Below, piece by piece: positions 1-10,561 of a stretch of DNA of 64,000 nt (its first letter is position 1; each line of letters starts with the position of its first letter). Location: contig CAVSOU010000008.1 of assembly GCA_963729625.1 (NCBI GenBank), positions 928,001 through 992,000 of the forward strand, given 5' to 3'. The stretch comes from an uncultured bacterium (GTDB lineage: Bacteria; Chloroflexota; UBA5177; JANWHV01). The notes under the pieces are model-generated. The model did no database searches. It worked only from the letters and a program-made list of their open reading frames with translations, and had not been told where the DNA came from. A program made the position numbers and the translations under genes.

Positions 1-7
1 GCGTCCT

Positions 8-41
8 ATACTACGCGACCACCATTAGGCTGGCGTGAGCC
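8..41 (-). promoter_or_regulatory. Tandem-repeat promoter element, copy 1 (points off the left edge)
   Basis: Minus strand GGCTCACG-cca-GCCTAATG-gtggtc-gcg-TAGTAT; same spacing as the other copies, distal repeat degenerate. Confidence 0.65.
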
Positions 42-122
42 GGACAGCGCCAGCTGGACAGCTGGCGCTGTCCGCGTTCCCGCGGTCATCGATAACTCCA
101 ACGCCGGTGCGTAACCGCTGCC

Positions 123-1454
123 GTGCACTGCTATACTCACGAGCAACCAGCACAGCACGAGGTGAAAGCGACGAAAGAGCCGGCGCTGCCGTACCAACGG
201 AACATTGGCGAAGATGCCCAAACCCTTCTGGCCGGAAGCAGTACCGCCCCGCTGAGCAAACGGGCCATTGCTGGGTACTGTGCCGCCTCGGTCGGCTCTG
301 GATTTTACTTCGCCTTCAGCAGCGCTGCCCTGCCTCTGCTGATCCCCAGCAGCAACGTGCTTCTCCTCAATCTGATGAGCAACACGCGTTCGATCGAAGG
401 CACGGTGATCCAGCCGTTTATTGGCTCGTGGAGCGATCGCACCTGGACGCGCCTGGGCCGACGCAGGCCGTTCATGGCGGCTGCTCTGCCGCTCAGCGCG
501 TTCTTTCTCGCACTGACTCCGGCGGCACCCGGCCTGCTTGGCATAGTCATGTGCATTGTCCTCTTCTCACTGTTCTTCAATGTGGCCGCCGATCCATACG
601 CCGCGCTGGAGGCCGATATCGCGCCGCCTGCCCAGCGGCCCATCTTGAACGGCATGGCAACGACGGTCACATTCTTCGGCCAAGTCGGGCTCGGGCTGAT
701 CCTGGGATTTGGATCATTTAAGGATCGTCTGCCGTCGTGGACGTACGCGCTGGTGGCTGCGGCACTCATGCTCAGCTGGCTGATCACGATCGGCTCCGTG
801 CACGAGCGGCGAGAGTCGGCGCACATGCAGCAGCACTATAGCTTTCAGATCTATGTACGGGTGCTTCGTGCGCATCGCCAAGCGTTCCGCTGTCTATGCG
901 CATTCTTCTGCTACAGCACTGGCATCAACGTCATCCTGGTGAACCTCACGCCTTACGCGACCCATGTCCTGGGTGTCGGCAAAGGCGAAGCCATCCAGTT
1001 GTTCCTCCTGGTTGTCCTGATGATCGGTCTGGTCACTTTGCCCGCGAGCTGGCTTGCCACGCGGATCGGGATTCGGGCGGTGCTGGCGGCCGGCATGGTG
1101 GTCATGGCCTTCGGTGCGATCGGCGTGCTCATGGCGCATTCCGTTGCCACCGTCATTCCGTGGATCCTGGTTGCGGGGATCGGGTGCGGTGGTGTTTCCG
1201 CACTCACCTGGCCGCTCCTCATGCAGCTCATACCGACGGAGCATGCCGGCGTCTTCGCCGGGCTCAAGACAAGCGCCGAATCGATCTCCGCGTTCTTCTC
1301 GGCCTTCGTGGCCTTCGCCATGATCGGGCTGTGGGGATACAGAAGCATCTTCCTCGCCCTGCTGCTCGCGATTACCGCGAGTCTGGTCGTGCTCCGGACA
1401 ATTCGGGAAAGCGAAGCGGCTCAGGAAGTCGCCGCGGCACTGGCAATCGCCTGA
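123..1454 (+). CDS. MFS transporter (sugar/GPH-like, SLC45/MalT-like)
   Basis: About 12 hydrophobic segments; QPFIGSWSDRTWTRLGRRRPF motif typical of maltose/sucrose-type MFS. True start may be downstream (e.g. GTG 162) because TGCTATACT at 129-137 looks like a -10 box. Confidence 0.85.
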   Translation: MHCYTHEQPAQHEVKATKEPALPYQRNIGEDAQTLLAGSSTAPLSKRAIAGYCAASVGSGFYFAFSSAALPLLIPSSNVLLLNLMSNTRSIEGTVIQPFIGSWSDRTWTRLGRRRPFMAAALPLSAFFLALTPAAPGLLGIVMCIVLFSLFFNVAADPYAALEADIAPPAQRPILNGMATTVTFFGQVGLGLILGFGSFKDRLPSWTYALVAAALMLSWLITIGSVHERRESAHMQQHYSFQIYVRVLRAHRQAFRCLCAFFCYSTGINVILVNLTPYATHVLGVGKGEAIQLFLLVVLMIGLVTLPASWLATRIGIRAVLAAGMVVMAFGAIGVLMAHSVATVIPWILVAGIGCGGVSALTWPLLMQLIPTEHAGVFAGLKTSAESISAFFSAFVAFAMIGLWGYRSIFLALLLAITASLVVLRTIRESEAAQEVAAALAIA

Positions 1455-1554
1455 GCCGGCCAAGGCTATCCCTTGGACCCGCTCCGACCCCTTGTAGTGG
1501 GGGTGCATTCGCGCATGTTGACCGGCCCATGCCTTGCCCTGCAACATGTATCCC

Positions 1555-1588
1555 GCCTAACGCTCGCCTAATGCCTCCGTGCTAGGCT
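1555..1588 (+). promoter_or_regulatory. Tandem-repeat promoter element, copy 2
   Basis: GCCTAACG-ctc-GCCTAATG-cctccg-TGC-TAGGCT upstream of CDS 1728. Confidence 0.85.
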
Positions 1589-1727
1589 TGGCTTAAGTCT
1601 GAGGGCCGCTGTTGACGCACCGGGGGCACCAAGAGCGCGATGCTGCGTGCAGGTCAGTGCCGCCCCATCTTGTCTGCCGTCTGCAGCAGGCGAAGTCGGA
1701 CGAGTCATGCAGGAGGGGGATAGGACG

Positions 1728-3191
1728 ATGTACGGATCGAGCATAGGCAGCAGCGCAAGCTCGGCGCAAGGACCGGCCATCGGGGCGACGATCACGGCAA
1801 TGGTGGCGGGCGCAGGCGCCGCATTGAGCGCCTTCATGCCCTGGATCACGGCGAGCGCCAGCAACCAGAACGGATACTACAGCGCCACGAGCTACTCGTG
1901 GAGTGGCCTGGACGCGACAGTCCTGGACGGCTGGTTCGCGCTCGTGCTTGGCCTGGCAGTGGCGTTGATCGAGCTTGCGGTGCTGGTCCGTGGCCGTGAT
2001 GGAGGGCAAGCCCAGGGCATGGTGGAGGTCGCGCTGGCCGGCCTGCTCATTGCCGTCAGCGCGCGCTATATTGCCGCTGTGTCTGCCGTCAGCGGCGCGA
2101 TCGCCGGCTCTTCGCTGGCATGGCTGAAGAACTACCCATCAATCAGCGTCGGCGCCGGTTTGATTCTGGCACTGATCGCGGCGCTTGTCGTAGCGCTCGC
2201 AGGCTTCACGCGGATACTGGCCGGCGGGAGCGCCGAGGCCCTGCCGACGAGCACGACGTCGCTGGCGATAACGGGCAGGCCTCTGGTTTCAGAGCCGGGA
2301 TTCCTGTCGCAGGATTTCGTGACGGGTGACTTCAGTAGCGTGGCCTTCGCGGGCAATGAACATGGTGCGGCAGTGGGATCGCTCGGCACTCTGGCCTTCA
2401 CACACGACGGCGGCCGGACCTGGATGAGTCGGTTGACCGGTGACGTCACCAGCCTGCAGGCCATCGCCTTTACCGAGGACCAGGTGGGCTGGACGGTCGG
2501 CCGCTCCGGCACCATTCTGCACACCGGCGATGGTGGGAGAACGTGGCAACGCCAGGCAAGCAACGTACGCCAGGAACTGCGAGGTATCGCGTGTGCGAGC
2601 GCGATGGTCGCCTGGGCAGTAGGCGATCTTGGCACAATCGTGCGTACCGTCGACGGCGGAGCGACCTGGATCGTGGCTGAGAGTACGGGCCCAGGCGTGC
2701 TGCGTGCGGTGGCCTGTGCCGGGCCAAGGGTGGCGTGGATCGTGGGCGACGGTGGCACCATCCTCAAGTCAGCGGATGGCGGAGAGACGTGGGTCCCGCA
2801 GCGGAGCGACCTTGACCACAATCTCTGGGGCATAGCGTGCGTCGACGAGAATACGGCGTGGGCCGTGAGTCACCGGGGCACGATACTGTACAGCAGCGAC
2901 GGCGGCTCGACCTGGGTGGCACAGCGATCGGAGACCAGCCAGCCGCTGAACGCGGTGGCGTTCTACGACGCGCTCCACGGCCTGGCAGTCGGTCCCCGAG
3001 GCACGGTTCTCGTCACCACGGACGGCGGGCAGCGCTGGCAGCCGGCGCGGAGTGGCACAGACGTCGAGCTCTATGGCGCCCGCTGGGTAGGCGTCAAGGA
3101 GGCCTGGGTGGCCGGTTCCGCAGGTACGTTGTTGCACACCACCGATGGCGGTTTGACCTCGATGCAGGTACGGGTGCGCGAGTATCAGTGA
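1728..3191 (+). CDS. 4-TM membrane domain (PWITA...SWSG.D..LDGW family) fused to a YCF48/BNR-like beta-propeller
   Basis: ATG 1728 after GGAGGGGG; four hydrophobic helices, then repeated VG..GTIL.T.DGG.TW blades. Confidence 0.8.
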   Translation: MYGSSIGSSASSAQGPAIGATITAMVAGAGAALSAFMPWITASASNQNGYYSATSYSWSGLDATVLDGWFALVLGLAVALIELAVLVRGRDGGQAQGMVEVALAGLLIAVSARYIAAVSAVSGAIAGSSLAWLKNYPSISVGAGLILALIAALVVALAGFTRILAGGSAEALPTSTTSLAITGRPLVSEPGFLSQDFVTGDFSSVAFAGNEHGAAVGSLGTLAFTHDGGRTWMSRLTGDVTSLQAIAFTEDQVGWTVGRSGTILHTGDGGRTWQRQASNVRQELRGIACASAMVAWAVGDLGTIVRTVDGGATWIVAESTGPGVLRAVACAGPRVAWIVGDGGTILKSADGGETWVPQRSDLDHNLWGIACVDENTAWAVSHRGTILYSSDGGSTWVAQRSETSQPLNAVAFYDALHGLAVGPRGTVLVTTDGGQRWQPARSGTDVELYGARWVGVKEAWVAGSAGTLLHTTDGGLTSMQVRVREYQ

Positions 3192-3664
3192 CCTGCTCAC
3201 GTCCGAAGAGTGAAGTGACCCTTCTCGGCTTGCAGGGCCGACCACACAGTCGCTCTCGGAATCCCGGTTACATGGGTCGGGATGCCAGAGTGACTTTGTT
3301 GGCGGCAACGGCGCCAATCCGGGTGGGTGCTGGACCTGGATCCTGAAGGGCACCGCGGACTACTACGGCGCTGGCGGGCACGGCTTCGTCATTTGCGGCG
3401 GCTGAGCATCGGCATTCGCAGGGGAGCCGACGGAACGCCGGTCGTTACGCCGCTTGGCGATGCGCCGCGAGGCTAGAGTGGCGTGAGCGGGATTTGAAGG
3501 GCCGAGGGAGAGTGAGCGATGAGCTGCTGGAGAAGATGAGTGCTTCCGACGGGACTGGCTTTGGCATTGCTCGCCCCACTTGGCCGGACGGGCTGCGTAG
3601 CCTCGAGTCAGCTCACCGCATCAGAGCTTGCGGGCGTTGTTCAGCTTCAATGGGAGGACGTAGC

Positions 3665-4696
3665 GTGGGCACTTGGATTGCAGGCCTGGCAACTGCCGCG
3701 AGTCTATTGGTAACGAGCCTGGCTCCGCTGGGAAGCATTGCGGTGGTAGCAACTTCGGCCGCCGTCTCGCCTAACTTCACCTTCTTCTCTCTTCCAGGTC
3801 GCAGCTCCCCTCGATTCGTGGAGCGCGGAGCAGACGGGAGTATCTGGTTTGCCACGGACAGAGGTATGGGGCGCGTAACGCCTGCCGGCCGGATTATCGA
3901 ATACGCCGCACCAGCCGGCGAGCCGATCTTCGAGGTGGGTGGGATCACGGCAGGTCCGCTTGGCAGAATATGGTTCACAGACGATCGTCTCTCGATTGGC
4001 TGGATAGCGCCGTCCGGTGCGATGGGAGAGTTTCCACTGCCCCAAACTGTCGGGTATGGTCGGCTTGGCGGCATCGCTGCCGGGCGCGACGGCAATCTCT
4101 GGTTTACCGAGGTGGACCTCGGGCGTATTGGCCGGATGTCGCCGACAGGCACAATTCATGAGTTCTCGGTCCGCGGCACTCCACCGACGGACATTCAGGC
4201 GACATCCAACGGAACTGTCTGGTTCGCTAGCTCCTACGACAATATGGTGGGGACCATCGACGGCAACGGCCGCGTGCGCACGTACCGCCTGCCTAGGACA
4301 TTTGCGTGGGGAGGCGGGGGGCCGCAAGCCATAGCGGCCGATGCGAAAGGCAATCTGTGGTTTAGTATGCCCAACACCGGCGGCGAAGGCGGCGGGCCAG
4401 GAAGTCTGCCAGAGGGCGGAGGGATCGGAAGGATCGATTGGGCAGGCCATGTGCTACTGTTTCCGACGCAGGGCATGTATCCGTCCTGCATCGCCGTCGA
4501 CCACCAGGCCAATGTCTGGTTCGGGTCCTTCCGGCGCAACGTCTTGGGACGAATGACGGCTAACGGGACGCTCGAATCATACGCACTCCCGGGAAAGGAG
4601 AGTACCGTCACTGACCTCACAGTGGGCGGCGACGGCAGCATCTGGTTTGCCGATATGGAGAATAACCGCATAGGACGCTTCAGACCATCGCAGTGA
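3665..4696 (+). CDS. Secreted virginiamycin B lyase (Vgb)-like beta-propeller
   Basis: GGAGG then GTG 3665; signal-peptide-like N-terminus; repeated G.DG.(I/L)WFT...IGR blades. Confidence 0.75.
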   Translation: MGTWIAGLATAASLLVTSLAPLGSIAVVATSAAVSPNFTFFSLPGRSSPRFVERGADGSIWFATDRGMGRVTPAGRIIEYAAPAGEPIFEVGGITAGPLGRIWFTDDRLSIGWIAPSGAMGEFPLPQTVGYGRLGGIAAGRDGNLWFTEVDLGRIGRMSPTGTIHEFSVRGTPPTDIQATSNGTVWFASSYDNMVGTIDGNGRVRTYRLPRTFAWGGGGPQAIAADAKGNLWFSMPNTGGEGGGPGSLPEGGGIGRIDWAGHVLLFPTQGMYPSCIAVDHQANVWFGSFRRNVLGRMTANGTLESYALPGKESTVTDLTVGGDGSIWFADMENNRIGRFRPSQ

Positions 4697-4877
4697 TGGC
4701 CGCCTCCATCTGAACTGCGACACAGGTCTCAGTCGTAGCGACTGCGCTCCCCAACTATCGTCTGTGGTATGCAGAGCGGTTGCTGCGGACGCTCACGCGT
4801 GTCACAACCGCCTTCCGTTCCGTCCAGTAGTGGCAGCGGGGAGAGCCTCTGTAGCATCAACGTTGTGTGCGGATTCC

Positions 4878-4911
4878 AGCTAATGGCGGCCTAATGCTCA
4901 GGTGCTAGGAT
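4878..4911 (+). promoter_or_regulatory. Tandem-repeat promoter element, copy 3
   Basis: AGCTAATG-gcg-GCCTAATG-ctcagg-TGC-TAGGAT upstream of CDS 5157. Confidence 0.85.
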
Positions 4912-5156
4912 GCGCGTGTCGTCGTAGTCGCTTCCGACGCAGATGAGGCAGGAATCGCGTGCGAGGACAGGACTGAGAAGGCAGGAGATCATTGCTCCCG
5001 AAGAGTCATATGCCGGGCAGGCTGACAAGCCCAGTCCAGGAAACTTGTGGCTCGCGTCGGCCTCCTCAGTCCGAGGGCCGACCAAGCCTGCGAATCGCCG
5101 GATGGCGACAAGGGGTGCGAATTCCTCAAGATGTTTGAACAGAAAGGCTTGTCGCC

Positions 5157-8100
5157 GTGAATGTACTGAGCCGCCGATGCTGCTCTGCCGCACTGCTGTT
5201 GCTCACGCTGGTCCAACCGACCTTCGACTATGCGCACTCAGCCGTGGCAGCAAGCGGCAACGCAGCCAGCGACCTACGCGTCTCGCGCGGCTCACTCGTT
5301 GCTGGTGACTCGACCTGGTCTGTTCAGAACTCCGGGTCGCGAGAATCTCTGATGGGCGTGAGCTGCCGCACCAAGGGAGACTGCGTAGCCGTAGGCACGA
5401 ACGGTGCCATTCTGACCAGCTCCGATGGCGGAGCTTCATGGACCGGCAGGACGTCGGGCACAAGCCGTACGCTGCTTGGCGTGAGCTGCCCGACTCCCAG
5501 CACCTGTGTTGCCGTCGGTGACGCAGGCACCGTCTTGACCAGCTCCGATGGCGGACTACGCTGGGTGAGCCAGACCTCAGCCACCAGCAGGGCCCTGTTC
5601 GCCGTTAGCTGTCCTGACGCGAGTATCTGCGTCGCCGTGGGCAATAGCGGCGTCATCCTGACCAGCGCGAATGGAGGCGCCAGCTGGACAAGCCACGCCT
5701 CAGGCACGACCAATCAGTTCACTGGTGTCAGTTGCCCAAGCATCAACGACTGTGTGGCTGTGAGCGGGATCGGCACCATCGCAACGAGCCGAGACGGTGG
5801 CACGACCTGGGCGAGTCGGACGATCAGCGCCGGCTCGAGCGTGTTGGCCGTCAGTTGCATCAGTGTTAGCGCCTGCGTGGCGGTTGGTAATAGCGGAACG
5901 ATTCTGACAAGCAAAGATATTGGCGCAACCTGGACACGCCGGGCCTCAAGCACCACCGCGTTGCTCCGTGGGGTCACCTGCGCTAGCGACGGCGCCTGCG
6001 CCGCGGCAGGTTATGGCGGCACCCTGCTCCTCAGCATCGACGGTGGAGCGACCTGGACCCGCCGATTGTCGGGTACCGGCAACGATCTGGAAGCTGCCAG
6101 CTGCCTAAACAAGACTTCCTGCGTGATCGTGGGCGGCAAGGGCACCATCCTGCAAAGTCATGCTTCGGCTATCTCGCAGCCAAGTTCGCACAGCGTGGCA
6201 CGAGTTGCCAAGGGCATGGCCTGGATCGCGCGATCTTCAGGTACCCTGCATGGCCTACAGAACGTGGTCTGCCCGACTACCAAGCACTGTGTAGCAGTCG
6301 GCGGATGGGGAACCGTTATCAGTGACGATGGGGGTACCACTTGGGCAGCTGCTCGTGGCGGTGGCAACGCCAATGGCGTCAGTTGTCCGAGCATAGAGAT
6401 GTGCGTTGCCGTAGGCGGTAGCGGCCTGATCCATACCACTAACAATGGTGGCCGTACTTGGCACGAAAGCCGGATCAGGGAGGGAAGCAATCTGTACGGC
6501 GTAAGCTGTCCGACGGCCAGGGACTGTGTTGCCGTCGGCGAGATAGCTATGCAAGTTCTTGTCGAGACCAGCGGTGACGGCGGGAGCACCTGGACTCCGC
6601 AGCGACTCGCTCAGGGTGTCGGCGCTGTAGCGGTGAGCTGTGTCAGCACCGGCCTGTGCGTTGCGGTCGGCGGCGCCCCACACGGCAGTCCTGAACGACG
6701 AGCGATTCTTACCTCGGATGACCGAGGTAGCGCCTGGGCTATTCAGTATTTGGGCATCGGCTCCACGCTGTGGGGCGTCACATGCTTGAGTACCGGCTCG
6801 TGCATTGCGGTTGGTGACGGTGGCACCATTCTGACCAGCAGCGACCGCGGTAGGACTTGGACCAGCCGTGCTTCGGGCACGACCAAGTGGTTGCAAGGGG
6901 TAAGTTGTGGCAGCGCGACCTGGTGCGTCGCCGTTGGCGAAACTGGCTCGATTCTGAGCAGCGCCGATGGTGGAGCGACCTGGACGCACCAAAACTCGGG
7001 CTCAGGCCGCGATTTGTTCAGAGTCAGCTGCCCGAGCAGCAGCCTTTGTGTGGCCGTCGGCCAGAGCGACACGATTCTCCAAGGTCGCGCAGCGAGCAGT
7101 ATCACCACGCCCGCTCCCCTCACGTCTAACCAGCAACGTCTGGCCAAGGCGATCGGTCAGTACGCGACCATGCTCGATGCCGCCTTCGTCCAGATCGAGG
7201 GCGTCACCAAGGAGCTGGGACGCGAAGGACAGTATTACCGTGACCAGGTGCACGCTGACCAGTACAAGGTGTGGACCAGCATTGGCCAGGCCGCGATCGA
7301 CACGTGTATCGCCGGCTGGGGCGCGATCGACGGTCATACCAGCTCAGACATCCTCGCTCGGCTTACCAGCGTTTCCACGGACTTCGGCATGGGCTATGCC
7401 AAGAAAGCCAGTATAGAATCCCTCTCGACAGCGTTGGTTCGACGCCTGGCCGATCACTCGCTTGACGATCAAGCGGGAATCATCGCCAGTATTTTCGATC
7501 GATCGCTACGACCTGCCCTCGACAAGGACCTCGCGCAACTGAAGCACAACCCGCCCGATCTCTCCACCAGCGATACCGATGCCGCAATTCACGCTCTGCA
7601 GATGCGGGAGGACGCGCTCGGCTGGATCGGCATTCGGCAGCCCGATGGTAGCGCGGCGATCCTCCAGGAAGCATTCTATAAGCAAGGGAGCTCGCACGTC
7701 GGCGCGGACCTGGTCAGTGATCTCTGGCAGACGGCCGCGCCCCTCATGGCCGATGCGCTCGTGCCGGGTAGCGGCGTCGTGGCGTCCGCGCTGATCGGCT
7801 TATGGAACACGGCCGTAGCACAGCAGAAGCTTACGGCCGACGAGCAGGTGGTGGCAGAATATCAGCTAGCCCTGCTCTCCATGGAAACGTACGCTAGCCG
7901 CGTGCACGATGCGGCGACTCTGGTCATTGGCAGCCTGCGAGCAAAGCCGGTGGTCGTCGGCAAGCTGCTCTCAGGCACTTTGGGCAATCTGCAGATTACG
8001 GACAAGCGCACGGCGCCGACACGCACGAATCACGACGGCACGCTGCGCGAGCATCTGAACCTCACGGTTGAGAACGCCAGCCCAGCCACGCCGTTTCACC

Positions 8101-9338
8101 TGCTCATCACCTACAACACGGGATTTGATATCAACGGCACGCTGACCCTTCTGCCTCCCAAACAGGGAACGCTGCACCTGTCTGTCCTGGCCACGCTCGA
8201 CGCCTTCCAGGTGAGCGGCAAGGGGAAGCTCGTGTCAAGTGTGAATGTCTCAGGTAAATTGCCTGCATCCCTGGCCTTCACACTGGTAGATTCCAGCCAG
8301 CATGTGGATCTGGCGCCGGGAAAGGACGAGCAGATCAACGTCGCACTGCTGGCAGAGCCGAAGCCGGGCGACTTTGTGCTGGTAGACAGTAAGCGCTTTC
8401 CCAACGATCGTGCCGTGCACTTCCCGCTGAAGCCTTCCCCACGTCCAGTCGTGTCCCAATGGTCCTGGCACACTACCACGTCGAGCATCTCAACCATGTT
8501 GACCGACATCGCCTGTCTCAGTCCAAACCGTTGCCTGGTCGTTGGGAACAGCGGCACCATCTTGGTCAGCAACGATGGCGGAGACAGCTGGAGCGGTCGG
8601 CCCTCCGGAACCACCGACGACCTGGAGGGCATCGCTTGCCCCAGCAGCACCCGGTGCCTGGCGGTGGGGAACAATGGCAGGGTCCTGACAAGCTCAGACG
8701 GTGGTACAACCTGGAGCAAGCAATCGTCGGGCATCACCAACTATCTGCAGGCGATCACATGCCCGAGTCTCGACCAGTGCTTGGCGGTGGGCGACGGCGG
8801 TACGATCATACACAGCACCGACGGTGGAACAAGATGGAACACGCTGAGCTCAGGCACTACGACCCATCTGGCGGGCGTCACATGCTATGGCTCTCTCCGC
8901 TGCCTGGCCGTGGGATACAGTGGCACAATCCTCATCAGCGCGGACGCCGGGAGGAGCTGGAATAGCCCGTCGTCAGGGACTTCTCAGGTACTCGGTGGAA
9001 TTACCTGCACCAGTACCACACATTGCCTGGCTGTCGGCTGGGGCGGCACGATCCTTAGCAGCACGGACGGAGGCGCAGCGTGGAGAAGCCGACCCCCGCT
9101 GACCACGCGTTACCTTCAGCGCATACGCTGCCCAGGTGCCGGCAGTTGTCTGGCTGTGGGGGATGGCGGCACCATCCTGACCAGCCCCGACGGCGGCACG
9201 ACCTGGCATAGTCAGCTATCGGGCACCACAGAGGCGCTCTGGGGGATCGCCTGTCCCAGCCCTTCTCGATGCATTGTCGTCGGAGGCGATCCAGCTACGG
9301 GCAGAGCCGCCGGTACCATCCTGGCCGGGCATAGGTGA
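5157..9338 (+). CDS. Large secreted protein: three 7-blade BNR/YCF48-like propellers (C-x5-C per blade) with a central helical plus beta-sandwich domain
   Basis: 1393-aa ORF, signal peptide, 21 repeats of L.GVSC.....CVAVG..GTIL.S.DGG..W in three blocks of seven. Confidence 0.85.
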   Translation: MNVLSRRCCSAALLLLTLVQPTFDYAHSAVAASGNAASDLRVSRGSLVAGDSTWSVQNSGSRESLMGVSCRTKGDCVAVGTNGAILTSSDGGASWTGRTSGTSRTLLGVSCPTPSTCVAVGDAGTVLTSSDGGLRWVSQTSATSRALFAVSCPDASICVAVGNSGVILTSANGGASWTSHASGTTNQFTGVSCPSINDCVAVSGIGTIATSRDGGTTWASRTISAGSSVLAVSCISVSACVAVGNSGTILTSKDIGATWTRRASSTTALLRGVTCASDGACAAAGYGGTLLLSIDGGATWTRRLSGTGNDLEAASCLNKTSCVIVGGKGTILQSHASAISQPSSHSVARVAKGMAWIARSSGTLHGLQNVVCPTTKHCVAVGGWGTVISDDGGTTWAAARGGGNANGVSCPSIEMCVAVGGSGLIHTTNNGGRTWHESRIREGSNLYGVSCPTARDCVAVGEIAMQVLVETSGDGGSTWTPQRLAQGVGAVAVSCVSTGLCVAVGGAPHGSPERRAILTSDDRGSAWAIQYLGIGSTLWGVTCLSTGSCIAVGDGGTILTSSDRGRTWTSRASGTTKWLQGVSCGSATWCVAVGETGSILSSADGGATWTHQNSGSGRDLFRVSCPSSSLCVAVGQSDTILQGRAASSITTPAPLTSNQQRLAKAIGQYATMLDAAFVQIEGVTKELGREGQYYRDQVHADQYKVWTSIGQAAIDTCIAGWGAIDGHTSSDILARLTSVSTDFGMGYAKKASIESLSTALVRRLADHSLDDQAGIIASIFDRSLRPALDKDLAQLKHNPPDLSTSDTDAAIHALQMREDALGWIGIRQPDGSAAILQEAFYKQGSSHVGADLVSDLWQTAAPLMADALVPGSGVVASALIGLWNTAVAQQKLTADEQVVAEYQLALLSMETYASRVHDAATLVIGSLRAKPVVVGKLLSGTLGNLQITDKRTAPTRTNHDGTLREHLNLTVENASPATPFHLLITYNTGFDINGTLTLLPPKQGTLHLSVLATLDAFQVSGKGKLVSSVNVSGKLPASLAFTLVDSSQHVDLAPGKDEQINVALLAEPKPGDFVLVDSKRFPNDRAVHFPLKPSPRPVVSQWSWHTTTSSISTMLTDIACLSPNRCLVVGNSGTILVSNDGGDSWSGRPSGTTDDLEGIACPSSTRCLAVGNNGRVLTSSDGGTTWSKQSSGITNYLQAITCPSLDQCLAVGDGGTIIHSTDGGTRWNTLSSGTTTHLAGVTCYGSLRCLAVGYSGTILISADAGRSWNSPSSGTSQVLGGITCTSTTHCLAVGWGGTILSSTDGGAAWRSRPPLTTRYLQRIRCPGAGSCLAVGDGGTILTSPDGGTTWHSQLSGTTEALWGIACPSPSRCIVVGGDPATGRAAGTILAGHR

Positions 9339-9525
9339 ATTGTCGTCGCCACAGGAATCGGCGCTTGCGCCACGAATGAGGCACTGCGTATGGATGGGGC
9401 GCAGTCGAACGCAGATGCACTGATCAGACCGGGGGTTGGCATCGATCGGACGCGGGACGCCAGAAAGCCTGCGAGATCCTGGACAAACGTAAGTGAACGT
9501 TCAGTTGTGCTTGGAGAGATGGCAA

Positions 9526-9831
9526 ATGCTGCATAGTGCAACATCGCGTCGCTTCCCGCTTGCTTTGCTAGTACTGACGCTCGGCCTGTTCTCAGCTCCG
9601 CAGGTTCCAGTGTCTGCTCAGAACTCAGCCGCGCCGCTCCCTGCCTTTCACGGCCACTTCGCGGTGCTCATGGGCAGGCCGAATCTGCCGAGCTACACGA
9701 CCTATGCGCTCTACGTCGTCGATACGGTGGGCCGGGTGCAGGTATCCGTGAGGTCGACGGATCAGCGTACGGTTGGGCTGGGCAACAACACCTCAGCTAC
9801 ACCGCTGCCGTTGGTGAGCACCTCGGACTAG
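9526..9831 (+). pseudogene. Truncated secreted protein, N-terminal part resembling CDS 33192-34424
   Basis: Signal peptide; YVVDTVGRV and PLVSTSD resemble YLVDAHGRI and PTSVSATR of the 33-34 kb protein; ends abruptly. Confidence 0.5.
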
Positions 9832-9836
9832 CGAGC

Positions 9837-9974
9837 CTGACCAGCACAAACTCCGGTACCAGCTGGATCAGCCGGACGCCGGTCACGGGCAGCAACCTGG
9901 TCAGTGTGAACTGCCCGCTTGTAGGCGACTGTGTCGCAGTCGGCATGGACGGCAGCATTCTGCAGTGGAAGTGA
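9837..9974 (+). pseudogene. C-terminal fragment of a BNR/YCF48-like propeller gene
   Basis: Translates LTSTNSGTSWISRTPVTGSNLVSVNCPLVGDCVAVGMDGSILQWK*; one blade like those of CDS 5157; no start. Confidence 0.7.
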
Positions 9975-10021
9975 TCAATTGAGCCCTGAACGCCCGATGA
10001 CGCAGGGAAGAGGTGATAGGT

Positions 10022-10290
10022 GTGAATAGGCGATACGTGAACACAGTCGGTCTGGTCGTAATGTTGGCCCTGGTGGCGAGCGTCGCATTTACCTGCGGGC
10101 GGTCCGGCGCGACGAGCTCGTCCTTGGGAACACCGACGCCTTCATCGCGGCGCGAGCCTCGACGGCGATACCGGTTACGACTGGAAGTGCATCGAACAGA
10201 CCGACGTTCACGTAGGAATCGACATGGATGCGGCATGGAGACTCCTGGTGGTTGACCGCTCTGGGGAGCCAAGCTCGCCGTGGAGCAGCG
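10022..10290 (+). pseudogene. Degraded secreted-protein fragment, paralog of the C-terminal domain of CDS 50811-52307
   Basis: Signal-like MNRRYVNTVGLVVMLALVASVAF, then in another frame ASLDGDTGYDWKCI...IDMDAA versus ASLDGSTAYDWHCI...IDVNEA. Confidence 0.6.
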
Positions 10291-10561
10291 ACTCGCGGCT
10301 AGCGGACACTGCCGGCCGAAGAGTAAACCTGCCCACGATCGCTGGGCACTGCACAAGCCATAGTGGAGGAGACACGACCGTGGCACGCACTCAGCCGCGA
10401 GCCATCTCTCGAGGTACGAGGGTTCTTGAACGGCCGCGTGCGCGGTCCACCCCAGCGACTTGGTCAAGCCGGCTGTGGTGCCGAGGTATCATCATACTGC
10501 ACGAGCTCAGCATCACGATGGCACTATCGCTGAGTGATCGCAGCGAAGGAGAGACTCGCCG

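Noticed and set aside
104-137. Possible motif copy before the MFS gene (TGCTATACT)
   Set aside because: Extended -10 only; upstream octamers do not match, so the MFS gene is probably outside the regulon
3451-3479. Possible motif copy before the Vgb-like gene (GGCTAGAGT)
   Set aside because: A -10-like hexamer is present but no CCTAAY repeats at the required positions
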